Assembly (NCBI GenBank): GCA_000934665.2
Contig: KZ538343.1
Location: forward strand, 1 to 64,000
Source of the DNA: Catajapyx aquilonaris
Lineage: Eukaryota
Reading direction: 5' to 3'
Length of the DNA stretch: 64,000 nt
Part shown: piece by piece, positions 58,744-64,000 of the stretch
How positions within the stretch are numbered: the stretch's first letter is position 1
Layout: every line of letters starts with the position of its first letter
Notes under the pieces: model-generated
Seen by the model: only the letters and a program-made list of their open reading frames with translations
Told to the model about the DNA's origin: nothing
The model's database searches: none
Program-made: the position numbers and the translations under genes

Positions 58744-61700
58744 TTCTATCAGCATAAATCATTTTTAGCGATTTTTTGACGGTCTGCGACATTTCCACCG
58801 CACCGGTACGAATGTAGCATACCCGGTACTATTTGTTGGGGGATCTTCATATGGACTGTGTGTGCCGACCTGACAACCTGCGACAATGCTGCAGGGGTGT
58901 TTTGAAGGACCACATCCTTCGGAATAAGAGTGCACCTGCTAAAGTAACAGACATTATAGTCTGTAAATGTAGCCTACTACTTATTCTCAGGATGGTCCTT
59001 TAAGGCTTAATTATCGAGTGTGAGTATCAGTGACTATATCGAATTTTTATTACAAAAATTTGATTCTGCCTCCAACCCATTTTTTCTACCAAAATGACCC
59101 CTTGTTCTGTTGGGTCATTAAATTTCAATATTGATAATACGTAGCTAATACACCATGAAACTTTACGAGCGTCTTTATACCCAATACAACTTGTTTTGCT
59201 ATCCTATAATAATCTACTGTCTTGTTCAAAAATTTCAAAAGGAGGATGTGACTTACCTTGGGCTGTCGTTGCCAAAAATTTCAAGACTATTCATCATGCT
59301 GAGACTATTCATCATGCCTATAACGACTTCACTGGAAAATCCGTAGTATATTTCTCCGGCTGCTCCAATTTAATGTATTGTACTGTATAATTTGTCAAGA
59401 CTATGACATTCGCTTTTGTAGGCTACTGTACATTCGTGATAGGTCAAAGACACATCACCAGTTTTCCAGTTAATTCGTTGGACCCACTCATGATTGATCG
59501 TCTCCCTCCTTTTGGCTTCCACAGTATAGGCTATACATTTGAATGTCTCATTTGGCACGTTACGATAGTGAAAAATGCCTTTTAAAAAATGAATTTCCAT
59601 GAATATTACATCTCCTACCAGCGATACTGTATACTCACAGTGAAACGTCACCCACAAAACCCTGCAGGTTCAGATATAAGTATATGATGAAAGAATAATC
59701 CATTGATGCAGTCCTGGAGTTTTTGTTTGATACTAAGTGAATGTCATCCCTAAAATATTTGCTGAGAAAGTTGGATAGCCCCTCTGTAGAGGGACAATCC
59801 AAACTAATCATCTTCAAGAAAATATGAAGTCGTGAAACTCAGAACAATGAGGGTCACAATGGAATGATTTCAAGCTGTGATAAATTGAGAAGAATTTCAT
59901 TTTTATATTCAAACATTTCCTCTACAGAACTGTAAATTGCTCTATCTCAGAAAACTGACTCGTTCACCACCATCGTAAAGTAAAGTACCGTACTCTATTA
60001 CGCAATGCTGCCTAATTCAATTTCCACAAAATTGTTACTATATGAGCATTCGGAATTTGAGGCCTTCCCATATGAATTAGACATAATTACTGCGCTTTCA
60101 TATATATGTTTTGCTGATTATCTCAGTTGGCGCTTCTGCAAAATGATGTTATATTCAAAGGCCCTGGAGTGCACTTTATTGGTTTCCAAAATAATCCGAA
60201 CACGGTGTACCCTTTGTACAGTACGTGCTATCACGACATGCACGTGGTCTCTTCCGCAATCATTACGAGGAATATCCAACATAACTGAGAAGACCCACCA
60301 ATATATTAAACGAGCTTATTACCTGTGAGGATGCTCACTTTTTTATACTATCGTAGGGGTATCATTTAGTGACGCAGTGTAGTACGCAAAAGTTGAACAA
60401 TGGGCTGAGTTAGAAGAGGGAAACATTTTTACTAGGCTGTAACTCAGACTATGAGCTATTACTTGTTTCGCACAGGCCAATAGCAAACAATTTTACTAAC
60501 AATATTCCGCACGGTGTACGTATTATTGGTGGTGCAAAGAAGCAAAATATTGTCGTAAATTTTAAAAAGTTGTATGCCCAACATTATTTACTAAGAACCT
60601 CAAAAAAGTTCAATAAATTCAATAAAACCCAGCCGAGACGCACACCTCCAATATTCTGGACGCAAAAATGATCATTTACTTGCACCTCATTAATGAATTG
60701 CTCAATAAAATCTGTGTCAGCAGATTAAACCTAAATAATTTAATTACGAGATCATGCATATTGATTGTTTTCTTTGTTACTCCTATAGGCTGTGCTATAG
60801 CAACAGTGTAAGTTATTGTACCGTATATTAGAAGGAATGAATTTGTAACTAGAAGCCTCTCTCGAGTCTAAATAATAATGATTTCCCCGTTAAGCAAATA
60901 TATGACAGCTGTGCATCGCATAAAGATGAGACAGTCGTAACGAGCATAACTTGTAGGTTTGGCCATAATTGCGTAATTGGTGGTCTCCTCCTGTGTGTGG
61001 CATGTCGCAAAAGAGAGATATCTCTTCGAAGAATCGACAGTTCAGGAAATGACAACGTGGCCCTTCAGGAATATGATTGAGGGCCTCCCTTATCAAGATT
61101 CGAAAACGTAGTAGTGGGAAGGAGGCATCAATTCAAAATGCTATGGAGGAGGAAGGAGAGAAGAAGGTGGGGGAAGTGACCAGTCCAGAAGAGGTGGGCC
61201 AAAGGTCGTCGGTAATTTACCGTCAAAATCTGACGGCAGAGACTGAGCAAACTTGTTTAGACCCGTATTTTTGCAGCTTTTTAACAATTCTGGACAAGAC
61301 TTGAAAGCTCCCACGCCATTCAAAACGACACAAAACCAGTACCAGATATTCGCGAGGGTTGCAAAATTTCCGCCATTTTTTTTCTCCAAACCCCTCTTGT
61401 GCATTTCCAGACTGGGCGGCATTTTGTTGGACCCTACCTACTCTCTGATAGCATGCAGCCTTCTCCACTCCGGTTCTACTGGCCCCCGGGCCGCCTCGGA
61501 GCCTCTTGAATCCCATTTACCCCGCGATTACATCTCCGGAGAAGTTTGCCCAGACTATATTACGGTATATACCCTCCTCTCTACCCCCCCCCCCTCCCTT
61601 CCACCCAACCCATCTCCCCTTTTTGGCTTGTAAAACGTTAGGGTCCGGAATCGAACTAGGAAATTCCTGCACGAGTTGGACCCGGGGCCCTACTTGTTTT

Positions 61701-64000
61701 CATAATGCGGTCTTTTGTACTCAAGCCTGCTTCTCCGGAGCTTGTCAAAAAGATACCCTTTACCAGTAGCTCCATGTTTCCGTCACTTTCAAACTACTCA
61801 AGGCTTCACTCGATGGAGATTTCTTCTCTGGGAACAAACAAATCTCTTTTTAATGCCTGCCTCTTAGCGGATCGATTCAAAGGGAACGATTTCATTCACT
61901 TGGAAATATTCATTGGGCCAGAAACTGCTCAGGTTTCACGAAATCGGATGGTTGTAGGCTGAACTTTCCGATAGGTGGCACTGGAATGCTACTGGAAGAT
62001 TGGAATGTGCAGCGCCATCTGGACGAGACAGTTTAGGCCTTCCCTTCTTTTCTGTCTACTATAGTATACAACTACTATCCGATTCTGAAAGTCTGAACCT
62101 TTTTTGGGTATCCATACGCCCGAAAGTAGTGCCCACCATGCCGGGCCATATCGCTCCTCACATCAAAATGTGCAGTTTGTGTAGCGCTGAAGCTACCGCA
62201 TGAGCTGCCCATGATAATTAGGCATTCGAATTACATGTAGCAGCACTGTTTCTTCGAGAAAGCCAGCGATACCGGGGACTAATTTTGCGGCGGCTCACCC
62301 CCTCGGGCGTATGTATACCTGAAAAGGTTCGGACTAATGCGAATCGGAGAGTACTATGCGCGTAGTAACGAGCATGACTCACAACTTTGGGAAGGTAATC
62401 AGTAGATGGCGCACGCTACTTTCCGAAATCATAGCGGCACGACATGACGGAGTAGTTTTAACGTATAGAATATTGCAAGGGTGACTGCGCAAGCCTCGGA
62501 TACAAAGTGTTGCGTGATGCATACGGGAGGTACAGTATTGCTACCTTGGACTAACAACATGCCGGTTTGTCTGCTTTTCTTACTTTTGTCTTTTTCTATG
62601 ACATGGCGCCGATAAGGTCCGGGTGTTCCGGATGGAACAAAAAAGGCTGTCCCCTACAACAATAACAACGTCAACTTTGATACGTGAGAAACTTTTAAAT
62701 TAGTGTAAATGGCTTGTATCGTTAATCCTGCTGGTGTACGCCGTACGATATGACCAAGTCCAACAAATATTACATCGCATTAACATGCCGGTATTCCTGA
62801 GTAGAATAATTACACGGGGTAATTATCCAAGTACCTGAGAAAACGCACCCAGCTATGGCTGTCAGCACTAAACATTAGTGTTAACATTCCTTTTGGCACA
62901 TGTTTAGGAAACTGAAAAGGCTTGAACTTTTCAATGTAAACAGAGCCTTCATGCTGCTAACTTTTGCCTCATTGTCGTATTTGTTCACAAATCAATTTCC
63001 CACGTCGTTATCTAAGTTGGGCGCTTAGGCACCTCATACATTACGAATCATAGCTGTGCTGATCAGGTCCTGATGAACTGTAGTAATACCGATACTGCAT
63101 GTTGATCGGACCTTTTTCTGTCCTCGTTTGGGAATTATCTCGATACGATCTTTTCGGAAATTTGGTTGGAAGAGATATTGCCACCCGATTGTTTGACCCA
63201 CATATTCCTCATATGTAACGTTTTTGAACATTTCCTGTAGTGATAGGCCTATATGCGAGAAAAATGTGCACCGGAAGACTGCACGGCTGATTGTACCACA
63301 TCCTGTAATACAATATGTTAATGACATTGGGAAACTTTATCAGTGGCAATTTCCCGATGGGGTGGGAAGTCTGCGAAGTAGGAGACAATTTAATTACTAA
63401 TACCGGTACTATGATAAAATCGTGACACATCAGGAGGAGACATTCAATGCAATGTATTACATAAAATACGGTAAATAATCAAAACCATCTTAGCAAACTC
63501 CCAAATGTAAATAACTTAAAACGGGACAAATGGTAATATACACATTGTTTGCAGGCCGAAACATCGATTTCATATAATTCAGAAATATGACCATTGAATG
63601 CTAAAGTTTGCGTTGTTTTCGCACGTGTTAGAATTTGGCAATATCATTGCTTTTCTCTAAGAAGAAGGGAGAGATGCTAGTGTGAAGACCCTTTCTGTAA
63701 GTTACCATCACAAAGGCAACCAGACAAAAGCATTAACATTCACAGGATATACATACGGTACAGTAACTTATCAAATAAGGCAATAAGCCAATACTTTCAG
63801 CACCATCTTTTGAGCGAAAGTCGCGATGATGAAACCCGGCCTTAATGCTTTGTAATAGGCTTTCAAATTAACGTGCACCACCATTACTTCAGAGATATGG
63901 AAAATAATAATTGCGGTTAATGCAAATGGTACGTGATGTTTTACAATAAGTAAAATGCGCTGGATCCATCAGGAACTTCAATTTTTCAATGTATAACTCT

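Noticed and set aside
58595..58798. Poly-Ile ORF
   Set aside because: It is the translation of the (AAT)n microsatellite.
60960..62260. Cluster of overlapping 67-126-aa ORFs in moderately GC-rich DNA
   Set aside because: No recognisable domain or consistent splice structure; cannot be supported as an exon or transposase.

Overview
Eukaryotic genomic DNA, probably from an arthropod (inferred from the protein and repeat families), from a draft assembly with N gaps. The only protein-coding gene I can support is a minus-strand nucleobindin (NUCB1/NUCB2 family) gene. It has 8 coding exons at 14476-29197, all with GT-AG introns and consistent phases, giving about 625 aa: signal peptide, nesfatin-like N-terminus with a KR site, two EF-hands and a long Gln/His-rich tail. 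The first ~41 kb is dense in non-autonomous transposons: hAT/Buster with 8-bp TSDs, Tc1/mariner/pogo with TA, piggyBac-like with TTAA, PIF/Harbinger-like, Sola-like, a Helitron end and tRNA-derived SINEs. Several are nested or form long hairpins. The last ~23 kb has few recognisable elements and looks like a CpG-rich first exon followed by a long intron or intergenic DNA. The most unusual signal is a window-wide set of short, often stacked TA-(GGC/GGCC/CCG/CCGG/CAG)-TA motifs. Comparing the two arms of palindromic elements shows some of these are insertions at TA sites, consistent with transposon excision footprints. I found no prokaryotic-type system (CRISPR, operon), and I cannot claim a clearly new biological system.
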